Shown here one piece after another: positions 10,157 to 24,750 of a DNA stretch of 64,000 nucleotides (within the stretch, counting starts at the first letter, position 1; the number at the start of each line of letters is the position of its first letter). The notes beneath the pieces were generated by a model. The model saw nothing but the letters and a program-made list of their open reading frames with translations. It was not told where the DNA came from and did not search any database. A program made the position numbers and the translations under genes. Source of the DNA: Macrostomum lignano (Eukaryota); assembly GCA_002269645.1 (NCBI GenBank), contig NIVC01002086.1, forward strand, positions 62,001 through 126,000, given 5' to 3'.

Positions 10157-11773
10157 CCCTAGTTGACAATCTTACATTTTTGCCTTGCAAGATCTGACAA
10201 AGCTTACAAATCTTGACAGATCTGGGATGAACTGGTAGGAATCTGCGAGTCATAGCTTAGAAATTAAATAGCATATAAGTCATTAAAACCCGGCTTCAAA
10301 TAGTCCACAACCGATGAATTTGCATTTGAAGAAGTAATTCTGCCTCTAATAAACATTTTGCATTGTTTTTTTCACCTATAAGATCTGACCAGATATGGCA
10401 AAACATGGCAATACAAATTTTATCCAAGAAAATTAAAATGATCAACCATAGTGATATCAGCCACTACATGTATATAAGAGATTATTAATTCATCTATATG
10501 CAGCTGTTTTCCTGATTTTTTGCACTTTTTGCAATTAGCAAATATTACAAAATCTTATCAGATCTTGTCATTAACAACAACATAAAAGTTTTTCATTTAT
10601 ATTGTAACTAGTAAAAAAGGGAAAATCGGCTGCAAATAAATTATAAAATTCATTTGCTTTTCTAAAATAATCTAAAATCATGTGCTTAAAGTTTTAAATG
10701 TCAGCAAATCTTGTATATTTTTTATAGAAATTAATGATTGAGAACTGTTACATTTTTAAATTTTTTACATACATAAATTATTGTACCTTTTCTGCACTTT
10801 CAGCTAATGGCAGGCCAACCTATGGCACCCACAACAATTGTATCTCCTGCAGAGCTTCAGAACAGCCTTGTCCTATGTAATCTGGCTGTTTAATTAATTG
10901 TACTACTACCAATGCTGTTCATCTTGTTTTTTCATAGCAATTTTTTATTTAAAGGCTTTCTATAAGTCCTTTGTTTCTGTAAGTGTAGGTTATCTATTTA
11001 TTTTATATTAACTTGATATTACTGTGAGTAAAAACAAATGCATAAACTGCTTAAAATATTTAAACTTACTTAAAATGCCAGAAAAAATGCAATACTGTAC
11101 TGCAATTTCATCATGCTTTCTTTGTACTTTATACATATTAATAAAGTACATGTCAAGTTTTTTTTGTTGTTTCAAGTTTTGAACTATGGAAAAAATCATT
11201 TTGCTTTATTGATAATTCTTAGTATTTTTAAAGTTAAATCCTTTTAATTTTAGACATAAGCTGTGAGTACTGTAAAGCCTTTTTGACTTTGACTTTTTAC
11301 TCTTAATTATATTCTATATTCAATCCAATAATCATTTAAATTACAATTTAGTTCTTTTTTAAATCAAGACAATTAAATTTTTGGTGCTTTCTTTCACTGT
11401 TAATTTTTTTTCTAACAGTTTAATTCATGATTAGCTATTTAGTCATAGATAAAGTTTGGATCTTGAATCTATTGGGGACATCAGATCAGATCTTTTGCTA
11501 TTTTGTGAACCAAACAGGCAAACGGCATGAATTTATTGAACTGGATTAGACACTAACCATTGAAAAATACATGTAGATGTCTTACAAATTCATTTAAGAT
11601 CTGGTAGCTATCGTACAAGATCTGCTAGCCATCTTACAAGATCTGTTGCTATCTTACAAGATCTGACAAAATCTGGCAAGAAAGTCCAAATCAATACTTA
11701 TAAGATCTTAAATGATCTTAAAAGATAGGTAAGACAGATTCTGCAAGATTCAGTAAGTCATTGTCAACTAGGG
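10157..11773. mobile_element. 1617-bp non-autonomous DNA transposon, CCC termini and 2-bp TSD, CMC/EnSpm-like
   Basis: Perfect 14-bp TIR CCCTAGTTGACAAT...ATTGTCAACTAGGG with imperfect extension, TG on both flanks, and clustered subterminal AGATCT(G) motifs at both ends. It interrupts the Pao protease region. Confidence 0.85.
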
Positions 11774-12857
11774 TGAGCTTCACTAGCCCACCTGCCACAT
11801 GGCGTTATGAATATCCTGCTTAAGAAAGACATTCATTTGCTTATTGATTTACTCATTGGCAATGATTATGTCCAACTTTTGACCAGTTTTGTGCAATCCC
11901 ACTGCACCCCAGTTTCACTGCACACCTCACACCTTTTGGTGCCATTCTCTTGGGATCTCTGGCAGATGCTGTGGCCATTGGTTTGATTAGCCCCATACCG
12001 AGCATATCTCTTCTCTGTGGTACTCGACTGAATGCTCTCGAATAGCTAGTCTAGCACTCTACTAGCCTGGAAACTCTTGGGCTGGAGAAGGGTACAGAGA
12101 TTTGTTGCGCATTCCAAGACGACCCGCTGACCAAACAGCTTCTAGACACCATCACTTGCCAGGACAACGGTTGTTTTTTGGTCACTTTGCCTTTCAAGCC
12201 GGACACAGCATATCTAACAGACAACTTTGGACAGGCCTTTGGTCGCGCTCAGACAACTTATCACCGGCTAACACTTGCACAACGCGAAGCGTACTATGGG
12301 GAATTTGAGAAGTGCAAGACTAAGGGCGTCCACAAGATAGTGAATGATACTGGTCCAACTGGTCCCATTGTCCACGTGCTTCCTCACTTTCCTGTCATTA
12401 AGGAGTCTTCCAACACAACGAAGATTCGACCAGTAGTAGATGCATCGGCTCCTATATCCCTAGGTGGCCACTCATTGAATGACCTCAAGACTGGGCCAAA
12501 TCTGTTAATAGATTTGCTTTAGGTCCAGATGCACCTGCACCTGTTTCCATACGCTTGCGTCAGAAATATTCAGTTGGCTTTCTATCAAATGTTCATCCCG
12601 AGTGCTGGGACGCCCTCCACATAATTCTCCCAAAGGACATCACCCAACCACTCAATAGAGACAATTACAAGCTGTGGCACTTTACAAGGATAGTAATTGG
12701 GGCTAGTCTATCCCCATAGATCCTCTTTGCCATTATTCACAAACTCTGTCTTGATGCTTTGGGTAGTAAATCATTCGGCCTATGCGCTGATATGATTGAC
12801 GCCATCCTATCTAGACTCTACATGGACAACCTGGTGATGGGTTACAACAATCAGATC

Positions 12858-13117
12858 CATACATGCGCAACAGTTGGCCGAGTTGGCCGATCCGGCGAAC
12901 TGATTTGGCAGCCAACCAAGGAATTTGCATAAATGCCCACCCAAAAATACCCAAGTAGTAGTACTAAGTAGCTGACGAGGCTTTTTTGCCTGATAAGACA
13001 GTCATAGTTACTCCCGTTTTTTTACTTGCAAGTCACATTTTTGGCCAAAAACTATGTCGCATTTTTGTTAAAACTAAGTCGCACGGTCGACCGAATTTTG
13101 GACATTGCGCATGTATG
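12858..13117. mobile_element. 260-bp MITE, 13-bp TIR, 8-bp TSD (hAT- or P-like)
   Basis: TIR CATACATGCGCAA...TTGCGCATGTATG; TSD atcagatc/atcagatt. Removing it restores the RT frame YMDNLVMGYNNQIDGACLV. Confidence 0.88.
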
Positions 13118-16100
13118 ATCAGATTGATGGGGCCTGCCTAGTCAACAGCCTTTGTGATCTTTTCTAATCGGGTTGCTTCCACCTCCGGGAGTTTGCAATG
13201 AAAGACCAGACTGCTCTGCGTGACCTATTGGCCACAGATCAGATGAATGAACTGGTCGTTTTAAACCTAGGTATTTACTAGGACATGGCCAAAGACACCA
13301 TGTATCTAGTTTAACCAGAAATCCCTTGTGACACTATGCTGACCCGCGCTACTTAGTGCTATCTCTAAGCCCTACGATCAATTCGGCTACACTGTACCTC
13401 TTCTGCTAGCTGGCCAGATCCTATTCCACACGGCTTTCCATTCTGGGGATTTCTAGGACCAACCCATTGATGAAGCCACCAGCCACGGTCGATGCATGGT
13501 GTACTCTTCGGGACAACTTTGCCAACATAGATAGTATAACAATGCCTCGTTGCTGCATCTCAGATCAGGAGCCCTGCCGACTGGTCATCTTTAGCGATGG
13601 TTCACAGAGGGCTTATGGTTTTACTATCTATCTGTACCAGCATGTGGGTGACAATGTGAATGCGACACTTCTCTACACTAAGGCACGCCTTGTTCCAATT
13701 GGTAAGAAGCATCTCTATATTACTATACTTTGCATTGAACTGTGGGCTGCTCTGGTCGCCATTTGTGCTACAGCACTCCTTCAGGATATGCTCACCTCAA
13801 CTCTTAACATCGTGAGCATTACCCACTACATCGATAGCCAGATAGTCCTCTACTGGCTTTAGCGCAATGCCAAATCAGACAAGCTTCGCCCATATGAGTG
13901 TCACCGCATTTAGGAGATCATGAATTCCGGCCTCACAAATGATTGCCAATATGTACCAACTGCACTAAACTTAAGAGACCACTGCACAAAGCCACTGATG
14001 CTCTCTTAGCTTCTTTGATTGGACTTTTATTGTGGACCAGAGTTCCTCCCCAAAAAGTGGCCATCTTGGATTCTACAAAGACACAATATTGACTTGACAG
14101 ACTTGAATGCATTTCTACTGCTCTCATGCACCAAGGCCGAGATGCCTGTCACTACCGCTCTCTTGTTTATCACGGAAGAGGTAGTTGTTCTACCTCCGGG
14201 TAGCATGGACATCTCCAGATTTAGCCGCCTTACTATGCTACTCGGGGCTACTGCCTATGTTGTTAATTTGCGAACACATAGTAAAATCACTGGCATTCCT
14301 CATGCAATGGAGCACAACACTGTTCTGCTCCGTTGGGTCAAGTTCATTCAACTTAGCTATTTTTGGAAGTTGTAATCACTCTTCAATCAAACCGGCCTGG
14401 GACCTATCAAATAATTCATCAACTAGCACTCTTTCTGGACTCAAATGGTTATGTCCGACTAGGGTCTTGCATGGCAAATGCCACCTTTAATGCCACCACC
14501 ATTTTTCCGCTACTCATGCCGACAGACAGCTACTTGACCATCTTCTCATTCTACACATTCATGAGCAAGAAGTGCACGCATCTGCTTGCACCATCCTCGG
14601 TTGTCTGAGGGAATGTTTCCGGTTTTCTCGAGGACTCTCTACGATACGTGGTGTTCTTAAGAATTGCCTTCCCTGCCGCAACGCCAAAAGTTCCACATTG
14701 CCGCGCCCACCACCTGGCCTGCTACCTCCTGAGTGCCTCGACTTCACTCAGCCTGCGTTCAATTCCATCCTTGTTGACTAGCTGGGTCTAATTCATACAT
14801 TTGAACCAAAGACTGCGGCCAATGCCAAGCGCTGGGCTTTTGTTATCTCTTGCACTACAAGCCGTGCCATACATCTGGAGTACCTGAATGACTACTCTGG
14901 CGATGCCATGCTTTGAGCCTTCGAGCGGTTTTGGGCTCAACGTAGCCTCACTGAGGGTGCCATCTTTCTCGACCAGGCTCCTGCGTTTCAATCCGCCACC
15001 AAAGCCATAGGCTTGCTTCTCAGACCTATCTTCCAGCACAAGTTATACTAAGACCTGCAACTTTTTGCTGCTGCCAAACAGCTATGCTTCAAATTTGTAC
15101 CAGTTCGCACGCCTTGGCACCAGGGGGCTGTTGAAAGAATGGTTGCTCTTATCAAATCCAGCATTCACCCCACACTGTGGCGCCGCCGGATCTGTGACGA
15201 CGAGCTGCAAACGCTTTTGTGCAGAGTCAAAGCACAACTGAACTCACGACCTTTAACTGCCCTTAGCAATGATCCTGACAACCTACGCCCTCTAACCCCA
15301 GCCAGCATAGTAGCGCCAAATTGCAGACTGGACTTACCAAGCACAGCAGATGCAGACCACTTCACTTCACCCGCAGGTTAATCTACTGCCAATCGCCTCC
15401 GTGCCCTCTATTGTTGCAGAGAGGAGATTCTTGACTCCTTCTAGAACCACTGGCACCGAGAATATCTGCAACATCTACAGTCCACCCATCTACAGGACCA
15501 TTGCTGTTTTAAAGGCCAGTTCTATCAACCGTGTGTTGGTCAGCTTTACCTTCTTGCTAACAGTACACCTTGCTCAAACTGGAAGACGTGTCGAGTTGTC
15601 GCAAACCATCTAGACACTCAGGGAATCATTCGATATGTGACAGTTTGCACAAGTTCCGGGCATGAATCCCAACGGGCTGTCACCCACCTGGTCCCACTCG
15701 AGGCTGATCTTCCTACTCAGAATGCAAGTGACACGAATAGTGCAGACAACAAAATGCAGCCACCAGGGGCCACGGAAACTGTCTCTCTCTACACTCTTCG
15801 TGCGTAGCGTTGACAGTGCATTTGAGACTATTAATGAGCATTTTAACACAATCAACTTGAGTCCCCTCATTCTAAATGGCCCTATCTTCCTATAAAGTTG
15901 ACTTGCAAAAATATCTGGAATCTGTTGCTATTCTCTGTTGTTTATGACTGTTTAGCCGCCCCCAGAGTTAACAGATCTACAACGCAAACCGCAATTATTA
16001 AAGCATGTCAATTTCAATCAATATTATCGTTTAAGGTTACATGTTCAGCACCTTTTGCGTGCCCCCCCCAATCTATCGGATTCTTATCCTCCAATGTTTC

Positions 16101-16299
16101 CCTTTAATTTGCAGCCTTGCGCTTTTAGTTCAAACTCAGTTGTGTCTCACTAAATTAATAGTCTATGGCACCCATACAGACTGCAGCTCAGCCCGCCTTC
16201 AAATCAATCACACCTTTAATATTTGACAAATATATCTCTTCCTACAAAAAACCTAATTACTTGTCTAAACAACAATAACAATTGTGTCAAAATAGTATA

Positions 16300-16570
16300 A
16301 AATTAAATTGTATCAAATTTGAAGATGATTGGTAAACTGGAACAGCACTATGGAGGATTTAGTGAAAAAATTGCACATTTTGAAAAGTTTTTTGCATTCT
16401 TAGATAGGAAGACTTGGATTTAAGAAATTTCATTAAGGCAGCCTAAGTCTAAAACATTTTCTAGGCCTATAGTGAGTTTAGCCAGGGTGGGTGCAACATT
16501 TGGAATAATTTGGTTGAGCAGTTTGTGAGTCTATAATGACCAAAATTTGTGTATAAATAAAGTTTTAATT
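16300..16570 (+). mobile_element. Partial copy of a Helentron/DINE-like interspersed element
   Basis: Aligns by eye with 19215-19440 (tcaaatttgaaga...ctatgga.gatttagt.aaaaaa...ttttttgca...atttaagaaattt...gggtgggtgcaa.atttgg). Confidence 0.5.
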
Positions 16571-16584
16571 TATATAGGCCTACA

Positions 16585-18240
<1,656 letters not shown>

Positions 18241-18899
18241 TTTTCTTTTTCACTCTTATCTGGCCTGCAGCCATGAGTTGGGTTCTTTATCTGGCTTTTG
18301 AGTTAAAAATCAACTGATCCCTGCTTCGAAAGCCAGTTTGTGGGACGTAGTACTATCATGGTTATCATTTCTCATGCTTTAATCACGTCATCTTTCTTGC
18401 CAACTTGTAGCCCTGAAAGGAATTTGTGTATCTTCAGCTCCACTGCAGTCTGCATCAGTCTAACAACCAAGGAAATATGCATTTATTCGGAGGCCATTTA
18501 AAATTTATACAGTACCCTTAAAAGAAACCTAAAATTTCCATGGTGTGCCTAATTTAGTAGGGTTGTATCGCATTGCATTGCATTGCCTTTTCATAAATCT
18601 TTTGCTTTTACAAACCATGCTGGATTCCCTCGATTTGCTAATTGCCATCCACTGTTAAACTACTGCAGAGTTTGCCAATACAGAGGGTAGTGGTTAGAAT
18701 TTCTCACTAAATTGTTATGGCTAAACGTAGCCTCTCTACTCTTGGGATGCAGAGAAGGTTATAAATAAAGTTATTCCAAAACACTGTACATTTGCTATGT
18801 ACATTCAGTCCTATCGCCTGACCCTTCGTCTGGCTCTGGGGGAATGAGTGAGTGAGTGGCACAAACAACAGAAAAAGCAGACAAACTTCACATGCTTAC

Positions 18900-19490
18900 A
18901 GTTTCTTTTTTGGTTGAGTTACAGAGTTTAAACTTTACATTTACATAGAAAATGAGTCAATGAAGAATTGTGTCAAGTTTGAAGTCAATTGCTTTACATG
19001 GAGCAAACTTATAGCAGCTGAAAGTTAGTCAATTTTGAAACCCTTCTACACATCTGGGCCCAGATCGGGATCGGGAAAGAGAGGCAGACAGGCGGAGGTT
19101 GGGGTGGTTGCTATGCTGAAAAAATGGCCTAACTTTAAAAGTGCACAGCGCCATTCAGGATTAGCTTTAAGATAAGACTCAAAAATTTACATGATTGTGT
19201 CAAGATAGTTGAAGATTGTTTGTGTCAAATTTGAAGAGAATCCGTGGAAGTGGAATGGTGCTATGGAAGATTTAGTAAAAAAATCATGCATTTTGAGCAG
19301 TTTTTTGCAATTTTAGATGGGAAAACTCAAATTTAAGAAATTTTAAGGTAGCCTATGATACTTTCCGTAGTGAATTTAGGGTGGGTGCAAAATTTGGTGT
19401 GAATTGATAGAGCGGTTTGGGAGTCCATAGCGAAGTAATTTGTCTACAGACAGACAGACAGAGTTTTGATTTTTATAGGTAGAGATAGAA
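18900..19490 (+). mobile_element. Helentron/DINE-like interspersed element
   Basis: Repeated tgtgtcaa(a/g)tttgaag motifs, then gtgcaaaatttggtgtgaattgatagagcggtttgggag, a (GACA)n microsatellite and a tttataggtagagat end. This layout is typical of DINE-1/Helentron-associated elements; the family call is inference. Confidence 0.55.
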
Positions 19491-21079
19491 TCATAGATAA
19501 TACTATTATTATTAGCCCCCTGTATTATTAGCATTAGGGCCTAGGCCTAGTATTTTGTATTAGTATTAGGCCTAGTACTTTTACTAGTTTACTAGATCCT
19601 AGCATACAAGTTGCCTTCCAAACTATGGATTTTAATGTTTTAAATCCAACATTTACTGTTTCATTTCTTCATTCGTTTATTTTATTTATTTCTTCTTGGT
19701 TTATTTGTTTAGCAAAACAACTTTTGGCAAATTGACTTTTGGCAAATCAGCTTCTGGCAAATTGACTTGCTACCCCTAGGCCAAGCTATTGGGCTAGCTA
19801 GCCTAGGGCCTAGCCTAGCTATTGAATCAATAGAAGTAGGCCTAGCCTAATAGATAGTGTAAAGGTAATTCAAACAATGGTTAGGGCCTATTTTAATTTT
19901 CCAACAAAATGTTATATTCTCTTTAGAATATGGGGCTGTCAACTTACCCTTATAAAGAGGAGATCATATATAAGATGAAACATATGTTCCCTGTGTACAA
20001 ATTACACAAATCATTTTTCTCGGAGTGACACTAGAGGAAGCTGAATTTGGCAGAAAAAGTTACAAAAATTGGACCTATGATAGGAGAAAACAGGCAAGGG
20101 GACAATTAGGGACTCCACCTTATGAGATTAAGACTAAGTTTACATAATAGGCCTACTCATAGTTCCTAATTAGGGTGCAGCCCATTTCGGCGAAGGATAC
20201 GCAGTCGATAGATAAGGGATAATGACGGTGTGGTTGTTCAGTATTAAATCCAGGCTCCTAAAATCGTACTTTGAAATTCCGCCGTAACGGAAAGGGCATC
20301 TAATAAAACAATTAAATTAAACTGCGACAAAACAAAAACGTGTCACGATAAAACCTAGTCTTTACAAAGTTTGTATTTTTTTAAATTTTCTTTTAAAACA
20401 AAAAACTTTTCAGCGAAGCTTCGAATAGATTTTTCGCTGAAATGGTCAGCTTTAGACGAAATGGTCATTGCGGAAGTGTCGTAGGCCGGTCTACCATGCA
20501 CTGGGGTTCAGGCAGCGGTTGGCGACAGCGCAACGTCTCCCTCCGGAGGAGTGACAGTTGACATCACCGACGGCTCCCTTGAAGGATTATAACTTTCCCT
20601 TGGCTGTTCCCACCTTTTTTGTTCCCCCTGCTGCTCCTTCCCTTGGTCCCGCCCTTGTTTAAATGTGTTTTCCCGGGTTTGCCTTCCTTTTTCCAGCTTG
20701 TGCCCCACCCGGTGTTCCCCTCTTTGTTCCCCTCTTTGAATGAATTAAGCGAATTTTGATGTATATAACCGTTTGCCTGTCGCTCTCTCTTTTTACGCGG
20801 GCGTTTTTTGTGGTGTTTCTTCCCTTCTTCCCTCCTTCCCCCGTGTTTTGTCTTTTGTGGAGTAGTTCATTTGTTTGATATTTGGGCTTACCGCAGAAAT
20901 TTAACTTAGTCTGAGCAACTCTCGACACGCCGAATCACCCCGTCATAGTCAGCTTAATATTTCAATATCCCTAATAAACATATTTTGCTTTAACAATTAC
21001 CTTGCGACCATAGTAATAATAATAACCAATCATCTAATATTTATTCAGTTGTACTTAATCGAAGCCTTTATAAATAGTC

Positions 21080-21905
21080 TATATTGAGTCATTTGCCCGC
21101 GGGGCGTAAAATTAAATAACCAATTAGTCTCAACCCAGAGAAGCTCTGAGACCCTTATCGTTCCGTAATACGAAATTACGGTGGTGGCAGCGCTACTTTA
21201 CTACTGCAGATAGTAACAAATCGAGCATATCGACAGATCACGAATTTTACGGTGTCTGAAGACCCAATTTGAACGACCGTGCCGCTAAAAGACCGCTCGA
21301 CTGCAATTACAACTACCCTCTCCCCGGAATTGAGGACCCCGGCAGACGGAGTAACCAAGGAGAAGAATCAGTGCATCAACTCGAGAAATTTTCCGGCTTT
21401 ACAAGTGCCGAGACAACACAGGCGGCAATTCAAACATTAGAAACCGCCTACACCCCTTGTGCAATCAAATACACAAGATAGGATATGCTACAAATGAAAA
21501 AAGAGTCAGAAAAGAACTCACTGGTGTAGCTAAAATATATGAAGTCATGAATAGCTAAAACAGTTAAACAAACTGAATCAGATACATTAGCAGTGTAACA
21601 AATCCGCTTTTCTGTTGTTTATTCATTTACTGTCTTTTTTAATTCCCTATTTAAATCGTCGTTATTCGTAAAGTTTTTTTGAAGTATTGTTTATGTTCGT
21701 TTTTCACGCTTTGAAATATCACGCGCTTTCAAAATACTACATCTTTTTAACTCGGCAAATCGTCTTTATAAACTTCTATTTCGAAATTTTTTCCAAATAC
21801 ATAGTATAGCTCTATAATATATTGGCCAAACAGGCTAATTGTCTGAGCCAAATTCTCTTACTTACTACCCCTATAAAAATTATTTTTCTTCTCCGCCCCC
21901 ACCTC
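21080..21905 (-). repeat. Dispersed repeat family, copy 1 (inverted, with an internal insertion at about 21470-21880)
   Basis: The reverse complement matches 24305-24750 and 51990-52430, e.g. ggggtcctcaattccgggg and ctgccaccaccgtaatttcgtattacggaac. Confidence 0.8.
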
Positions 21906-24304
21906 AAAAGTATTTTTCGCCGTTATTGACTTTTGCCGAAGTAGGTTAAAACCCCTAATTAGGGCCCAAGCCCTTTCACATTGCTTGTTCTGGTTGTAGA
22001 ATCAGATCAAATTTGTAATGTTATTAAGTGTGTAACTTTTTGTCTCCTTAACTAGTGGGATATATGGTATTATAGGCCCTAGTCCGATATACATGTATGC
22101 TTTAAAGTTGTAATTATTGAATGGCAACAGCCAAGGTATCCAGTCAATCCAGTCAAAAATAGTGGGTCAACTAATCCGTATATATGCTAATATATGTTGA
22201 TTTAATATCTGTCGCTGGATCGTCTGTCGCTGGATTGACTGTCGCCGGATTGTCTGTCACCGGATTGTCTGTCGCCAGATCGTCTTGTCGGCGGATTGTC
22301 TGGAAGCCATAGCCAAGAAGAAAGTGAAAAATTGTGCAAAGTGAGACTTTTAAGGCAATCAAACATTCAACAAAGTTAAATAGTTATACTGCTTTTTTTC
22401 TTAGAAGATCCAAACCGATTCTAGTTCTGGAATCGGTAATATAAAAAGTCTCATTGTTGCGTCGGCATATTCTGGTGCAGCAGCAAGCAGGGGGGAATCC
22501 GGTTGTGACGTTGTCAGTTTAAGGTGGTCCCAAAAAGGGCCATTGGACTGCTGTTTCTCTATAGTTTCAACCCTTCAGTTTCACCGTTTCAACTAAACTT
22601 TTCCATTTGTTTATTGCGACGTTTACTTGTAGTAGTGCCCAACAATTTTGTGGCAATTTCTAATTCACTATATATTTTGCTACCCTCTCTTGCGACTGTA
22701 TAAAATTGGCACGATTGATAATTTTAATTTTAAGTTCTCTCGCCAGCCAATGAAAATCACTCGTGCTTCGCGCTACCCCCCTCTGCGCTCCTTTATTAAA
22801 CCCCCCCCCCCCCGCCTGGCGGTGGGCACTCCTCACCTTCTTTCTTCCTTCCGTCCTGTTTTGCATTCTTGTCTGGCTGCCTCAAGCCTCCTTATTTCTT
22901 GCCATGGCCCCTCTGTCTGGGCCAGCCTATTCACACGCTTACTTGACTGTCTCATGCCATGGCTGACGCCAAACTTGCCACTGCTACTCACTGCCTTCAC
23001 TGTGCTGATTGCCACTACTCACCACATTACGTCGCCATTGCATCATTTGCCTGCCACTTGACTTCATATCCAAATTATATTCAACCCATTGTTGCAGCCG
23101 CCAGTGCCTAGAAAGCTATAGTTTGTCTATTGCCAGTAACAACCAAACTTAATATTGATATTAACAATAAAGACAACTATGGCAGTTCCTGCCTTTATCG
23201 CCAAGTGCTCCGCTACAAAATCCGCTTACAAGAGTTGACTTCAACTAATTTTGAGACTACGCCTTACTGCAACGCTTGTTAAAACGGCCCTTTTAAGAGT
23301 CACAGCCATAGCCGCTACGCCAATAATTGTGACACGGTGTAGTACAGTGCAAGACAAAAAATTGGTGCAATTGGCACTAAACAAAAACTTTCAGTATAAG
23401 ACTAAGATGGCCAGTGGCCACAACATTGAATCTCTTTGGCTCTGCTCTCTTTTTATCATTATTAATTAGCAACATTAATTAGCAAGATGCAAACAAGCAA
23501 AGCTAACATGTAACGCTAAGTACAAACAGACAGAAACCGTCAGCCAGTCTGCCAGTCAAAACTGCTACTTTCTCAACTAGGAAAGGGCTGGGTACACTGG
23601 TGAGCTCAAAAATAATCATCTCAGAGCAAGATAGTTCAGATATCATTGAAAAAATAATTTAAGGAACAAAACTTGAAGATTGCCATATTGCCAGCTTTTG
23701 TTATATCAATTATTATGTTTAATCAATCATATTCATAAATACTGATGCAATAATAGATTTGAAACTAATTACCTATATAATACAAAAACTTTAATCTTTT
23801 TTAGTGTTTATGCCAATTTATTCCCTATCATTACATCTATCAAATCTATGACCATCTGTTTATTAAGAAACCATTGCTACTAGTAATGCTATACTAAAAT
23901 TAAGATAAATATACAACAAGGCAAGGTATTTATTTTGTGTTAGGCTACTTCCTTGGTGTAGTAAATAAATATATATAGGTCAAGCTATAATAAAAGCTAA
24001 AGCCAAAGGAATGACTATAATATAAGGGCCTAGGCCTCTAATATAATACAATTCTAATATAGCATCTTTTTAGCATATTCTATTTCTCTAATTATTACCA
24101 ATAGGAAATAAGTGAAATATATAAACCTAGGATTATTATTATCTTTTTAGACACTTAGTCTTAAAGCTATAGCCATCTTGGTGTGTGGCCATCTTGGTCA
24201 TGCACCAAACTTTCAGCTAGATAATATTTTTGCAAACAGAAAATTAGCACTTTTTGTTCGCCAGTAGGCTTATATTATGTCCTAAAGAAAAAACAATGGC
24301 ATGT

Positions 24305-24750
24305 GAGGTAGGGGCGGAAAAAGTTTTCTTCAAATGGGTTTATTTGAAAATTAGTTGCTAACACCAGTGAGGTGGGGTGGATTCCACGTTTGAATTGCTG
24401 CCGGCGTTGAGTTCGCACAAATGGTTTTGGAAAATTGCGCAAAAGAATCACAACAAATTACTTTCTCCAGTTTTACTCTGACAGCCAGGTCCTCAAGTTC
24501 CGGGGGGGGGGTAGTTGCAATCATAGTGGAGCAGTCGTATAGTAGTGTGGTTGTTCAATTGATAAACACTGGAGATTCTGACATCATAATCTAATGCGTT
24601 GGCTTGTCGAGCTTGTTACTTTCAGTAGGGTAGTTGCTACCACCACCATAATTTACGTATTACAGAATATATAGTCTCAAAGCTTCCTTTGAGATAAGAC
24701 TTTGGTTATTTTATGCCCCATGGGCAAAAGACTCAAAATAGACTATAGGC
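24305..24750 (+). repeat. Dispersed repeat family, copy 2
   Basis: gaggtaggggcgga...acaccagtgaggt...cacgtttgaattgc...actttcagtagggtagttgct.ccacca...atgccc.atgggcaaa is shared with copy 3. Confidence 0.85.

Larger units (their letters stand above)
8600..15780 (+). mobile_element. Decayed BEL/Pao LTR retrotransposon (gag-protease-RT-RNaseH-integrase), 5'-truncated, with stops, frameshifts and three nested insertions
   Basis: Gag knuckles RKKRLCYNCLHQH...C...HHTSLH (about 8900-9095); protease ISALIDGG (about 9900); IDLLIGNDY (about 11852); RT LPHFPVIKESSNTTKIRPVVDAS...SLND.LKTGPNLL and YMDN (12380-12850); RNase H FSDGSQRAYG, KARLVP, ELWAAL, IDSQIVLYWL (13590-13860); integrase CLPCR, SCTTSRAIHLE, PWHQGAVERMV, LNSRPLT (14660-15270); WHREYLQHL-type 3' domain. 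Domain order and motifs are those of the BEL/Pao family. Confidence 0.93.

Noticed and set aside
20508-20928. Minus-strand K/R/G-rich ORFs
   Set aside because: No recognisable domain; probably the low-complexity part of the dispersed repeat family.
20165-21962. Possible degenerate TIR pair (ctaattaggg...ttcggc(g/a)aa) bounding a 1.8-kb segment
   Set aside because: Only about 65-70% identical by eye and no convincing TSD.
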